64,000 bases of DNA from Paraspadella gotoi. Its lineage: Eukaryota; Animalia; Chaetognatha. This document shows, piece after piece, positions 11,901-24,049 of this stretch (position 1 is its first letter; each line of letters begins with the position of its first letter). The stretch spans positions 1,914,280 through 1,978,279 of the forward strand of contig CM119265.1 of assembly GCA_051294375.1 (NCBI GenBank), read 5' to 3'. The notes beneath the pieces are model-generated. The model saw only the letters and a program-made list of their open reading frames with translations, had not been told where the DNA came from and did not search any database. The position numbers and the translations under genes are program-made.

Positions 11901-14900
11901 TCTAGTTTATGAACTTCCAGAGTGCTTGGCTTCCCTATCTCACACAAATCACTTAACAACTCACGTGAGATCCGTTGATATTAAGGTTGGTGAATCCGAT
12001 CTTCAACGATCCCGAATAGTGAGAATGCAGCCGAAGGATGCGAACCTCGAAGAGCTCGTCGTTTGCGAGCGGTTCCGCGCTGAAGACGAGGCCGTTGGCG
12101 AAGATTTGGTCGGGACGGGTGGCGACGAGGTTTTCCGCGGAGATGACGACGTGCTTCCCGCAGAAGGAGTTGAAATGATGAGAAAGCGCTGAGGAGACGA
12201 AGTGGTGGCGAGGCTTGGTGAGTGTTTCGACGGAAAGGAGATTCAATGTAGATATTAAACTCACCAACGGCGTCTTGAGGGGAAACGGTTATGGCGTTGC
12301 CGTTGTTGTCGGCGACGACCGCTTCGCCGGCGGCGACAGCGGCGGCCGCCACTTCCGCCCCGCGAGCGGCGGCGAGGGCGCCCGAGTGTCTCGCCCGGGC
12401 GGCGTCTTGTACGATCGAGACCTGCGAACATTGACCGTACAAATCGATGACGGCGTGGACGCTGGGCGGGACGCCGACGCAGGCGGGGCCCATGTCTTCG
12501 CCGTTGAGCCAGAATCGCAGCGTCCCGTCGGACGAGCGACTCATCCCCACGCGGGAGTTGACGCCCAAAGTGTCGAGATCGAGAGCGTAACTGGAAATGT
12601 AAGAGATAGATTCTTAGAATGTGATTGAGATTTCATCAATCTCATTTGCATATAGTAGTAAATCATAAAGATTTTACAATGCTTTGCTATATTGTTTAAT
12701 TGATTCATAGATACTTCATAACCTGAGTCCCACTCTTATAGAAATGTGGCGCGACTTTTGAGAAATCAATTATGTTAAGAAATTGGTACAACAAATAGCT
12801 GATATAAATTTATTTATTCATTCATAGGACGATGGACAGGTTATGGTGGTTTAAGGCTTCCATCACACTTACAAGATAATTACAGCAGGACCCTGCAAGC
12901 TTTCAATCAAGACTCTCACACAGTCTCGTTTATTCACTCCCAGCGAACCTGGCTTCCTAATCATTGAAGGGGCATAATGTTTTTAATAACTGTTTCAATT
13001 GTATAAAACGGACCATTCTCTGTACTCCACACTAGCCTAAAAATACAAGGAGCTGACTATTATAAGATTAATACAACCGATAAGATATAAGAATTCGGTT
13101 AAATGAGAACGAGACTTATCTTTTTATCATTACCCGTTTTTGACGGGCGTTCCGTCCTGCATGACCGCGGAGCCGCTGAGCATCCACGTGTCGTAGTCGA
13201 TGTCCGTCATCGTGTTGGGGAAGGCGATGGCGTCCGGATCGATGGTGGTGACGCCGAGTTCGATGGAGCCGCTCCACCGGTCAACCATCTTGTCGATTAT
13301 CACTTCGAATATCTGAAGGAGAGAGAGAGAGAGAGAGACGTTAATCGAAGCCACGCCCCTCATCCCCTACTCTCTCCCACGTCCCTTTGTCAAATATTCC
13401 TTCAGCCCCTACCTCGTCATCAATGATCGGTCGATGTGAGATGACGATGGCGTCGTTGAATTCACCGCGCGCGTGAGGTCGCGTCGCCGTCAGCCCGTTG
13501 TTGGTGATCTTGGCGTTGGCGCCGTGGCGAGAGTGGAACCTCAACGGGTTGTTCAGAGATCCGGAGAGAGCGTTGCCGAAGGGCCGCTCGACCAGGGACG
13601 CCTGCGCCGCTTGACCGTAGAGGTCGATGACCCCGTAGACATTGGCGGGGACGTTGAAGGCGGCGAGGCCTTGGTCGACGTCGTTGACGAAGAAGTGAAG
13701 CGTCCCGTCCGCTTTGCGAGTCACGCCCACTCGATCGTCTTTAAAAGGAAAATATGATCAACGGACTTAATTGGCCTCGTGATGTGATTGCTCGTCTCCT
13801 TCACGAATCATCAGAAAGCCGACGAATCACATGCCTTACTTTTTAACCTTACACTGACCAATGACCGACAGTCGGGATTGCTTAGATAACGAGGCATTCT
13901 GCTCAAAATGAAATCTCATGAAAGAACCCTTCAAATAATTAACGAATAATTAAATATTGTCACCGCCTTAATCATTGTCCATCGTTATCAAAACTATTGT
14001 CAACCTAATACGTTTGTCTTCATTTGTTATCTCCTCTCCTTAATTTGATTAACGATATATGAAAAGAAAAATGAAAATTTTTCCGAGAAATGAATTTCTC
14101 GTCCTCTCCTCATTCCCCCCCCCCTCGACGACTCACTTTCTTGGAGTCGATCCAAGTTTTGTCCGTAATCGTCGATCACAGTCGTTCCGTTGTGCATAAC
14201 TCCTGAAAAAGGTGAGGCGACCAAAAGGTGAGGATGAAAAGGAGTCATCGGGGTGAGCGAGGGGGGGGGGCGTGGCTAACCGTTTCCGGTCATCATCCAG
14301 GTTCCGGATCGAATGTTGGTCATCGTGGATGGAAACTCGAGTTCGGAGGGAGAGTGAGTCGTGACGCCGATCTCGATCGATCCCGCCCACTTGTCCACCA
14401 GTCGGTCAAGGTTCACCTAAAATGGAGTAAATAAATAAGAATAAACAAATTGAATAAATAAATAAATTGAATGCTTGCGGGGTCCAGCTATGTTATTATC
14501 TTGTAAGAGGGATGGAGGCAATTAACCACCAAAGCCTGTCCAAAGTCAGGGGCAAGATAGCTTATTTATTGAATGAATGGATAATGTTGAATTGGTTGAA
14601 CAAACTTAATAATTGTGTGATCATTTTAAATTAAGAATAAATAACATTTGGACAAAAACAATAAATAAATAAATAAATTAAATAAATAAATAATAAATAT
14701 ATACTGACAGATAGAAGTAAAAGGATGAGAGCAGAGAGGATTAGGCATGTTGAGATGGCGTTGAAAGACTGTGGAAAATATTTGTTGTTCATTTGAGAAA
14801 GGATTTAAACAGGACTATTGGGTTGCCAAATTTGTGGTTCCAAATGGAACCGGGATTCTTCATGGTTCTTCCCCACCAACAAAGTGAGCATCTGCTCTGC

Positions 14901-17900
14901 AAACGCGACATCTCCCGAGAGAAAAACGAAGAGGAAACCCTCTCCCCGCCTTCTCTTCCCCTCCCGTACGCTACCTCAGTACGCCGACACGAGACAGAAT
15001 CACTCGTAGCCAAGCAAACCAAGAGGGGGGAATCCCGCGAAGACTTCCGGTGAAGCGCCACGCCCACTTGACCGGACGTCGTAGAAGGGGGGATGAGAAA
15101 CCGAAAAAACCAGTCCATGGACGAAAACCGGGTCTGGAGAAACTGACGGCCGGACGAGGCAACGGCCGAAAGAGCTGTCGGGGATCAGTCGGCGTCCTTA
15201 GACGTCCCTGGAGCCCCGCCCCTACGCTTGGAGGCGGCGAAGACTTGCGAGGCCGGTAGGGAGGCGAGCGGGACTACGCGGACTGCCACGCCCACGCTTG
15301 CGGCTAGCAGAAACAGCGCAATTGTGTGGCGCCCCGGAGCGGAGAAGCGAAGAATGGAACGCTTGAGTGACGTCTGTGGAGCGGTCTCCGAAAAAGAACG
15401 ACGTGGAGGGCGGAGAACTGGACAGAACTGTCTTGAGATCCGAAGGGGCAGCGTCGACAACTAAGCGCCGAGACTCGGAGAGGGCCGAACCAAAAATCGC
15501 CGCCAAACCCGACGAGGCGTCTCCAAGGGGCTTGGCAAGATCAAGGTGGCCTGCGTCCACTGCACCGGGCCCCTCCGAGCGAAGGGCCTCAACCATGAGG
15601 CGGAGAGCGTCAGCGACAGAAAAGACAGCATGAGCGGACGCTCCGGCGTCCCTCATGATGCGCTCAAAAGCCTTGAAAGCGCGCGTCTCTTGGAGTCCTT
15701 CCGAACGGCGTCGAACTGAGCGGCAAGGCAACTCTCTGAGCAGGAGACGAAAATCCGCCGGCGAAGAGACATCCGACCAGCGCCGGAAACGCGTATTGGC
15801 GGAAAGCACGTCCCACGACGGTAAAAGAACGTCGTCCTGGCCAACTCTGCGCAAATCCCTCCACTGCTGTAGGACCCACTCCGAAGGCTGTACAGAAGCA
15901 CGACGAGACAAGAGTTGTCAAACCCCGCAGCAGACTCTTCAGAGGAGGAACCCTCCTCTGATCCGGAAACGGAGGCGTCGTCGTCGACTTGCGCAGATGG
16001 GGCTCGACGAGGAAGGCGTGACGCAGTCACCCACTCGGAGCGTGAAGGCCGATCCGCCGCCGAAGAGGCCGCAAAGAAACGCGAAGACTCCAAGTCGCTG
16101 GCGTACAAACGAAGATCGACGAAGAACGGCGAAATGGCGAACAGAGGCGTCCAAGAACCATGAAGAAAACGTACATGGAAAAAAAGAGATCATTGAAAAA
16201 TGACAGTCTCAAAAAGAACCCCAAAAAACACCCCACCAAACAAGACAAGCGAGCCTGAGCCGCCCTCCACCACGCGGTGGTGCCAGGGGTGGACGGTGGG
16301 TGGTTGTTGGTGGGGAAGAACCATGAAGAATCCCGGTTCCATTTGGAACCACAAATTCTATCATGTAGTTCTTCCCCACCAACAAAGTGAGCCTGTAACA
16401 AGACCAGGCGAAGGCCCGACAAAAAACAAACACAAACAAAGTCGAGTTAGGTGGGGCACAGGAGGAAAACCCCTCTGTACGCCGAATGTACGCCAAAAAA
16501 AGGCAAAAAACAAAAACGAAAAGAAAGAAGAACTCACCGCCGAAGACTCTCCAACTCGGAACGAGACGAGCGGCAAAACTCCTTAAATTCGCGACGAACG
16601 CTAGAAAGAGCGTTGCTAATTTGGAGAAGAACTGCCTCCATCTGAAGGGGCATGACTTCGGCCTGACCAGAAAAGCCCGGAATGGCTGTGGTGGAGGCGG
16701 TGGAGGCGGCGGCGGAAGAGACATGAGGGTAGTCGAGTTGAAAAACACGCGCCTCAGTCCAAAAAACGAGAGCACTGGACAAACAAGGGGGCCGAAAACA
16801 AAGTTCTTCCCCCTGCAGCCGTCTAAGCGCCGTGGGCAAACGAGAGGGCCGAGTCGCAGCTCTTCCCTCCGCAGCCGCGCAGGGTGCGTCGAGGGCAAGG
16901 AACGAAAGGGCCGAGTCAAGGCTCTTCCCTCCGAAGCCACACACGAAGACGAAAAAGATGGCGGCCGTGAAGAGAGAACTTCAAAAAGCCACGTGTTGAA
17001 GAATATCTGTATTCTGAACTCCAAAAAAAGAGAAACGAAAAATATGCAAAATTATTCAACAAAAATAATCAAAAATAAATTTTCGTAAAAAGCCGGGAGA
17101 CTGTGAGCGCAAAGGCGCGAACAGAAGAAGTGATTCTGTCTCGTGTCGGCGTACTGAGGTAGCGTACGGAGGGGGAAGAGAGGCGGGGAAGAGGAGGTTT
17201 CCTCTTCGTTTTTCTCTCGGAGATTCACTTTGTTGGTGGGGAAGAACTACATGATAGAATTAAGTGGCAGATTGGGAATTTTCAAAAAACGAAATTTATT
17301 GGGGATTGTAATGGGTGCATTAAATGAAGATGGAACTATGGAGTGGGGAAACTTCATTAAACAAGTTAGAATTGGTTATTGGAACTTGTTTAATCAATAA
17401 GGGTATCCGGTATTGGTTATTGAGGGACCACATGTAAATAATTTTATGTAGTAGTGTCTGTTATCGGTTTATAGTATGATATAGTATTTCTATTTGCTGG
17501 TGATGTAGGGATTATTCTTGCTCTTGCATTTTCGTGAAGTAGTTTTTTGTTTATTTGTTAGTATCTCAATTTTGTTGTTAGCGTTAATTTTTGTTTTCAT
17601 TAGTGTCTTTTGTTTTTATTAGCGTCTCCTTTTGTTTTATTAGCATGCTTATGAATATGTGTTGATTGTAGTTTTTTTTATTTTTATTATTAATTATTAG
17701 AGCTGTGTTATACATAGTATATAACAACTTATACTCATACATTATTATATTATTATATTTATACATTTGTTATGGACAATTTAATAATGTGTTACCTTTA
17801 TGATGTTAGTTTTTACGTTATATTTTTTATCAGTGTAGTTTTTATTTGTTTACTGTGTTCCAGTCTTTTTACGCTGTTATTGATCTGTTACTAGTTTTGT

Positions 17901-18255
17901 TTTCAATTATCTTAATATCGTTTTTGTTAATAATAATAATAGTAATAAAAAAAACAAAACAAAAACTATAATCCCACACTAAAAATAACGTCACACACAA
18001 TATCCCCCACCAAATTTCGACCTCAAACATCTCGTCCGGAAGAAGAATCCTGTTGGAGAGGACGACGCCGTTGTTGAAGTCTTCGAGGGCGTGCGGTCGA
18101 TGAGCAGTCCGCATGTCGGGGCCCACCACGGCGGCGCGGGTTCCGCAGCGCTGGTGGAAGCCGAGCGACGCCGGGGGCGGGTCGCCACCTCCGCCGCCCG
18201 TGATGGAGCACACGGAATCGAGCACTTCTGGGGGTTTGAACTTTAACATAAGAGG

Positions 18256-18307
<52 letters not shown>

Positions 18308-19294
18308 CAAATCGTTGGTGGGGATTCCGGCGACAGCGAGATCATTGCGCATGGAAGCCAATTGGTTGTCGGGCGGAAATTGTCGGGCAGAAGGTGATTG
18401 CAGCATCGTCACCTGCGAACAACAAATTCCATTTTAATAGAAATCTTTTTTCAAACTTTGACAGTTATATTCAATTATCTGTTTGTTTATTTACTTTGAC
18501 CGTCATTCCGTATAGATCGACGACGCCCCACAATTTAGTCGGAACTCGCGACGCTGCCATTCCCTGAGGAAAGCAAAGACCAAGGTCATTCCATCCGCGA
18601 CTCCAACCCCATCTTTCTACATCTCTCTCTCCAGCCCCATCAACCTCTACCTGGTCGACCCCGTTGATGTAGTAGTGAAGAGTCCCGCAGGTTTTCCTCG
18701 TAACTGCGATGCGACTTCCTTCGTTAAGCTCGTCGAGATTGTAATGCCCGTATTCGCGTCGGGATCCCTAAAGAGGATCGTCCACCTTAGCTTCAACAAT
18801 TCCATTCGGATTCAAGGCTCAGTCCTCGAACTCACCTTTCCGTTGGTAAGAATCCCGCAGCCGCTCATCATGATAGTGCCGCTGCGCAGGTTGGTCATCG
18901 TCGCCGGGAAATCGATCTCGGACGGATCGTGGGTCGTCACGCCCATTTCGATGGAACCGGACCTGATCCCCAGAAAAAAAGTAAGTCGCCAAAAAAAAAC
19001 CTTACCCCCCCTTAACTTACCATTTGTTGACGAGGCAGTCGATGCGAATCTCGAAGAGCTCGTTATCCTTCAAGGGTCGGTTCGTCATGACGACGCCGTT
19101 GTTGAACTCGTCCATCGGGTAGCGCCGCTCCGCCGTTCGTCTTTTGTTCGTCAACTTGATGAGGGATCCGTGGCGTCATGGGAAGCAAAACACGTCCTGA
19201 AAAAAAGGGAGAAAGTGTGTGTGTGTGAGAGAGAGAGGGAGAGAGGGGGGGAGAGAGAGAGGAGAGAGAGAGAGAGAGCGAGAGAGAGAGCGAG

Positions 19295-19338
<44 letters not shown>

Positions 19339-20562
19339 AAGAGAGAGACCTGATGCGGAGGCAGCTCGGAACCGGAATCCTCGTCAGAGTCTTGCTCTTC
19401 GTTTGAGAGATGTTGACGAGTGAGAAGCGCTGTTCGTCGAGGGTCTAAAGAAATGAACGAAGGGATGAATGATTTATAAAATAAACAAAGAGATGAATGA
19501 TTGAAGGAATAAACGAAATGAATGATTTAAATTTTAAGGAATGAGAGAAAGAAGAAGGAATGTACAGCGAAGAAACTCACAACGAAGTTCATTAACCATC
19601 AGACAATGAGCAAGAAATCAAAGCTCAAAAACCTGCGGGGCCGGATCCTCCGACTGGCATCTGGCGATCCAAAACCGCCTGTTGGAAGGCGGTGCTGGGC
19701 GACCAATTGGAAGTAGGCAGCGCCGTGATGGAGACACACTTCCCGTAGAGATCCAGGACCGCGTGGCACCACAATGGAACTCCGGAGGCAGCCACGCCCT
19801 TGCGTTTGGAAAGGATCGTCGAGGATGGTCGATTTAAGTTGGTGGAACTTGTCAGTTACGAAAAGAGACTCCATCCTCTTTCACCTGATCGACGCCGTTG
19901 ATGTAGAAGTGAAGGTCTCCGGTAGCGCCACCACCGGCGGCGGCATCGACGCCCACGCCGACAGTGTCGCCTTCTTTCAGTTTGTCCAGGTCTGTCCCGT
20001 ACTCTTCCAGGACGGTTCGGCCGTCCTTGAGGACCGACATTCCCGACATGATCCATGTCGGCTCGCGAAAACCTGTAACGAAAAGAGAATAAAATAGATT
20101 CACTATCCTGGCCTAAAAATTGTGCGCATAAAAAAAAACTTTTGTCGCTTTTTTTTTTTTCACCAGTTGCGCTGGAGGGAAATTCCACTAACTCCGGATC
20201 GCAAATGATGACGCCGATCTCCAAGGATCCGCTCCAGTTCCCGATCTTTTTGTTGATTTGAATCTTGAACGGAAATAAAAAATTAAATATAAATTAAAAT
20301 AATAATAAATACAAGACAGCACAACAGCTAATTTACCTCGAAGGTTTGTCCCTCGTGCAGCGGTTCCCGACTAAGTACGACACCATGATTAAATTCTTGG
20401 TAATGATTCGTCCTGTCAATTTAAAGACATTGAAAATGACCATAATCCGATGGCCAAGAATGTTATATTCAACATTGACGAATCTAACCTGGTTGCGGTG
20501 GTATCATTATCCGTGAGCCGCACCAGCGACCCGCAACGAGGGTGAAACAGAGGGACGGACAT
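8915..20562 (-). CDS. NEURL4: Neuralized-like protein 4 (multiple NHR domains, C-terminal ADP-ribosyltransferase-like domain), multi-exon
   Basis: Repeated NHR motifs ([45 protein letters not shown]) over many exons; C-terminal WHTAFH and [15 protein letters not shown]...[12 protein letters not shown]. Individual exon ends not all resolved. Confidence 0.93.
12628..12950. repeat. Dispersed intronic repeat family B (longest copy)
   Basis: Blocks ATCTCATTTGCATAT, AAATTGGTACAAC, TGGACAGG..GGTGGTT, ACAAGATAAT..GCAAGCTTTCAATCAAGACTCTC recur at ~14468-14570 (reverse), 27800-27870, 33470-33580, 34420-34535, 44455-44490, 47405-47490 (reverse), 53255-53365, 57755-57800. Confidence 0.65.
14829..17260 (-). 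mobile_element. Non-autonomous DIRS1-like (tyrosine-recombinase class) retroelement, copy 1, in a NEURL4 intron
   Basis: Inverted terminal repeats (14829-15004, 17129-17260); ICR 16304-16392 complementary to both outer ends; ATT at both termini; no RT/RNaseH/YR ORF; near-identical copy at 53411-55870. Confidence 0.88.
15222..16653 (-). pseudogene. Spliced gag-like ORF of DIRS copy 1 (predicted intron 16537-16098; 1-nt deletion near 15914)
   Basis: ...ELESLR-cg|GTGAGT...CCAG|c-DLESS joins in frame; C-terminal [16 protein letters not shown] resembles the P...LFG end I associate with DIRS gag; start codon uncertain. Confidence 0.6.
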
Positions 20563-21231
20563 TACCGCGTGCTGCTCTTAGAATAAAATCCCGGCGGCGG
20601 CGGCGGCGGCGGCGGCGGCGACGAGAAGCGGTTTTAAGGGCGGCGGCGATTCGAGTTTGAGGCGTTGACGAGCATCTCCCCGCGTCAGAGTCTCGACATA
20701 GTCTGTAGAATGTTTGCTCTTCGAGGTCGTTCGTTTTTTTTCTACTTTGAAACTACAACTCAGTGTTACGCGACCACCGAAGTATTCTCTGCGTTGTAAA
20801 CTACCAGGATTTCGCGACGACCGAAATAATCTAAGAGTGGAAAACGCAAGGAAGCGATCGTGACCGCGAGAGAGATTATCTACGGGAGCCAAGAACCGAA
20901 TTAAATTTAGGCCGATACGAAATGCAAACGAGAAAGAAAAAAAAATAATGATCACAATGGGGGCCAACCACTAAAGACGCGCGGAAACTAAACGAGGGGG
21001 GGAGGGAAAAGGGAAGTAGAATTAAGATTAAGATGTAAGATTAAACTGCATCGAAATTCGAGAAATCCGAAAAATTAAGAATAAAATTTAACTAGTTTTT
21101 AAAAAATAAAAGAAAAATTAAAAGTAAAATGGTTATTGATGAAACAAAAAAATTGAAAGGCTCGAATCTTGACGCAAAACCTTTTCCGCGCAGCGCCTCC
21201 TCACGTAACAGAATACGCCCACTCGACAGCG

Positions 21232-22044
21232 TCAGTGATTTTCCAAAAAGGAGACGTAATCCGTGAGCTGCGCCAACTCCATGTCGCTCGACGCCAACTT
21301 CTTCGTCTTCTTTTCCGGTTTGATTGGGAAGACGAAGCCTCCGTCGACGCGCCACCCCAACTCGACGGCGGCGCGTTTGGCCTCGTCGGCCGAGACCTCG
21401 CCGAGAAAAGTCGCCAAGTTGTCGGCCCGAATGGAGTCGTAGGCGCGGGCGACGAGTTCCACGGCGCGACGCCGCGTCTCCTCGGCTAACTTCTCGGCGA
21501 AGGGCCTGGAGCGGGGCGTCCACTCGCGCCGCAGCGCAAGGTGGACGCCGGCAAAGTCCGAAGACCACATTCGTTGCCCGACGATCCAGAGATGGGCCAG
21601 TTCAGTGTCGGCGGCCTTGACGGTCTCGGGCACGCGTTTCCATAGCAACCGCGAATTGCGGACGTCGTTTTGAAGGAGGTAGGTGGCGAGGAGGCGAGCG
21701 TAGATGTCGGGCGAGGCCGCGCCGGCTGGAGCATCGAGCTCCTCCTCCTCAAGCCGCGCGGCCAACGAGTCCCAGTCTCCGGCGGCGAACAACTTGAGGC
21801 ACCGAAGTTCGAATTCGTGGACGATCGATTCGGCGATGGGCGCCGCCTCGCCGCCGGTCATCATGTCCTCGGCGACGGGCGGCGCCGGTTCGACGGACGG
21901 CGTCTCGGTCGGAGCCGAATCGGACGACGCCGTCGCGGAATCGGAAGTGACCGCGGCGTCGGAAGGCGCCGACGAAGGAGGTCGAGGGGAAGAAGCCGGC
22001 GCCGCGTCCGACGAAGACTTGGGAGACGGTGATTTGGTCTCCAT
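21232..22044 (-). CDS. COPS8: COP9 signalosome subunit 8, single exon
   Basis: IYARLLATYLLQND..RLLWKRVP, LVARAYDSI, ELAQLTDYVSFLEN. Confidence 0.92.
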   Translation of the reverse strand: METKSPSPKSSSDAAPASSPRPPSSAPSDAAVTSDSATASSDSAPTETPSVEPAPPVAEDMMTGGEAAPIAESIVHEFELRCLKLFAAGDWDSLAARLEEEELDAPAGAASPDIYARLLATYLLQNDVRNSRLLWKRVPETVKAADTELAHLWIVGQRMWSSDFAGVHLALRREWTPRSRPFAEKLAEETRRRAVELVARAYDSIRADNLATFLGEVSADEAKRAAVELGWRVDGGFVFPIKPEKKTKKLASSDMELAQLTDYVSFLENH

Positions 22045-22361
22045 GACGACGGAAAATAAATATCTGAAGAAAAAAAGATTTTCACATGCGGAGATACAAG
22101 AGGGCGAGTTTTAAGCGTCGGCGTCATAGGAATAGAAAAAAAAAGAAGATATTTTCCGAAAAATGAAAAGAACATTATACAAAAAAGTGGGTGGGTGGGT
22201 GAGTTATCGACAATAATAAAAAGCTATTAACAGACACGGATTAATCAAACGGTTTATCTTTTTAATTAGGAGTGAGCGATAAAGTCTGTGACCAGATCAG
22301 AGAAATAAAAGTTCCTCTCGACCGACGGGGCAATTGGGGGGGGAAGGACGAATCCGCGGAT

Positions 22362-24047
22362 TCAGTCGAATTCGAGGCTGATCTCTCGCTGTTTGACGGC
22401 GACTGACGGGAGCAGAGCCTGGCGGTCGAACACGGAATCTTCGTTCTCTTCTTCGTCTTCCTCCTCGATCCTCGTCCTCTTGTATCCCCGATGAATGACG
22501 TCGACGACGACGCCGCTCTCTCCCTCCACCACGCCCTCCATCTCTAGGTCGTCCTGGTCATCGTCGGCGGGCAGGCGCAAGTAAGGGTTGTTGCATCCCG
22601 GTCGGAACTTGTAGCCCGTCACCACGAAGAAGACGAGGTTGGCCGATTCGCGGAAGAAGCTATCCAGCCACTCGTACTGAAAGGGAACTGTGACGCGCAG
22701 CAGGTACACGATGATTCGCGTGAAGTAAATGTAGCAGACGATCATGACATAAAAGTGACGGAAGAGTTGAAGTTTAGCCAGATTGATGGCGGCCTTGCCG
22801 TCCGTTTGCGACGCCTCTTGCAGATGGTGGATGGACCAGACGACGGGGAAAATTATGGCGCCGCAACAGAGGAGATCGACCAAGTAGAAGATCTTGTACC
22901 AGAAGGCGTACTCGGCGAATCCCTCTTCAGTCTCTTCCATGATGACCAAAGCCACGTTGTTGAGGACTTGAAGCGGAATCACGATCATGAAGATCTTCTT
23001 GTCTCGTTTGGAAAGGATGTGCTTGATGAAGGCCCATCCCGTCCCGATGAGAATGATGGTGATGAAGAGCAAGGCGCCTTTGAGCAAGTGGGTGATGTAG
23101 TACATGATGGCCCAGGCTTCCTCGTGCGTCCCGTTCTCTTGGATGAAGTGATAGTTGAGGCCGTGGAAAACTAAAGCCACGGATTTGAAGTAGAGAAGAG
23201 AGAGCATCAGGTAGTGGATCTTGAAGACATCGGATTGATATTTGCGGAGACAGGCGAGCCAGGCGATGCTGGCCACGAAGAAGACGAAGCTGAAGATGAA
23301 GAAGAGAGTCGGGAGAGGCTGTTCGCCGGCGGAGAGGAAGTTTCCTTCTTTGTTGCTTTCGACGACGAAGACATCGACGTCGATGCGGATTCCGTGACGT
23401 CGCTCGCAGTTGACCATGTAGAGATTGTAGAGTCCCTCCTCCTTTTCTTGGCTCACGCTCAGTCGGAATCCTTTGTCCGAACCTTTCACTTTAGGGATTT
23501 TAGATTTTTTCGAGTCTGCGTCTGAAGGGGCGGAGGAGGGTGGAGGGGTGGCGGGGTTATCAGCGGCGGCGGCGGCGGCGGCGGCGCCGTTCTCTTTGCC
23601 GACCGATCTGCGACGCCTGGAATTCTCGCAATTTTCCAGAGAACAGATTTGAATTTCCTGGAGTTGATCCCCGTAACGCGAGACGTCGTAAGTCCCGAAA
23701 GCGACGCTGATCGCTTGATACGATTTGGAGTTGGCGTCCTTCTTGGCGGCGAGGGTCTTGAGGGCGCATCCACCCTGCGCGTCCATGAGAAGCGAATTGG
23801 CGGAACTCATCGTTTTCTCGATGACGAAACCGAATTTGTTGGAGGTGGAGTTGACGGGTTTGTGCTTGGCGTCGTAGACGGACAAACTGCTTACGTTGAC
23901 GAGCAGAGTCCCTCCCTTGAGGAACCCGAAGGTGCTGATGGAGATTTGGGATCGATCCTCGTTTTCCAGAGTCAAGTGATGCTTTCTCGCCAGACCAAAG
24001 TTCAATGCACCCAAAAATAGCAACGCGTCCAGAATGTACGGCTTCAT
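22362..24047 (-). CDS. GPR107: GPR107/GPR108 (LUSTR/GOST 7TM) protein, single exon
   Basis: Signal peptide; FLSAGEQPLP, VFKIHYLM, LIGTGWAFIKHILS..DKKIFMIVIPLQV, VWSIHHLQEASQTDGKAAINLAKL, TGYKFRP..NPYL. Cannot separate GPR107 from GPR108. Confidence 0.9.
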   Translation of the reverse strand: MKPYILDALLFLGALNFGLARKHHLTLENEDRSQISISTFGFLKGGTLLVNVSSLSVYDAKHKPVNSTSNKFGFVIEKTMSSANSLLMDAQGGCALKTLAAKKDANSKSYQAISVAFGTYDVSRYGDQLQEIQICSLENCENSRRRRSVGKENGAAAAAAAADNPATPPPSSAPSDADSKKSKIPKVKGSDKGFRLSVSQEKEEGLYNLYMVNCERRHGIRIDVDVFVVESNKEGNFLSAGEQPLPTLFFIFSFVFFVASIAWLACLRKYQSDVFKIHYLMLSLLYFKSVALVFHGLNYHFIQENGTHEEAWAIMYYITHLLKGALLFITIILIGTGWAFIKHILSKRDKKIFMIVIPLQVLNNVALVIMEETEEGFAEYAFWYKIFYLVDLLCCGAIIFPVVWSIHHLQEASQTDGKAAINLAKLQLFRHFYVMIVCYIYFTRIIVYLLRVTVPFQYEWLDSFFRESANLVFFVVTGYKFRPGCNNPYLRLPADDDQDDLEMEGVVEGESGVVVDVIHRGYKRTRIEEEDEEENEDSVFDRQALLPSVAVKQREISLEFD

Positions 24048-24049
24048 TG

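Noticed and set aside
13770-13900. GCCTCGT...ACGAGGC-bounded intronic segment, possible snoRNA or MITE
   Set aside because: No properly placed C/D or H/ACA boxes on the host strand; the inverted repeat is too short
14468-14570. Possible targeting of DIRS copies to family B repeats (also 53255-53365)
   Set aside because: Distance and relative orientation differ between the two sites; family B is simply common
22755-24020. Long antisense and alternate-frame ORFs over real exons throughout the window
   Set aside because: Expected shadow ORFs from GC-rich codon usage; no recognisable domains
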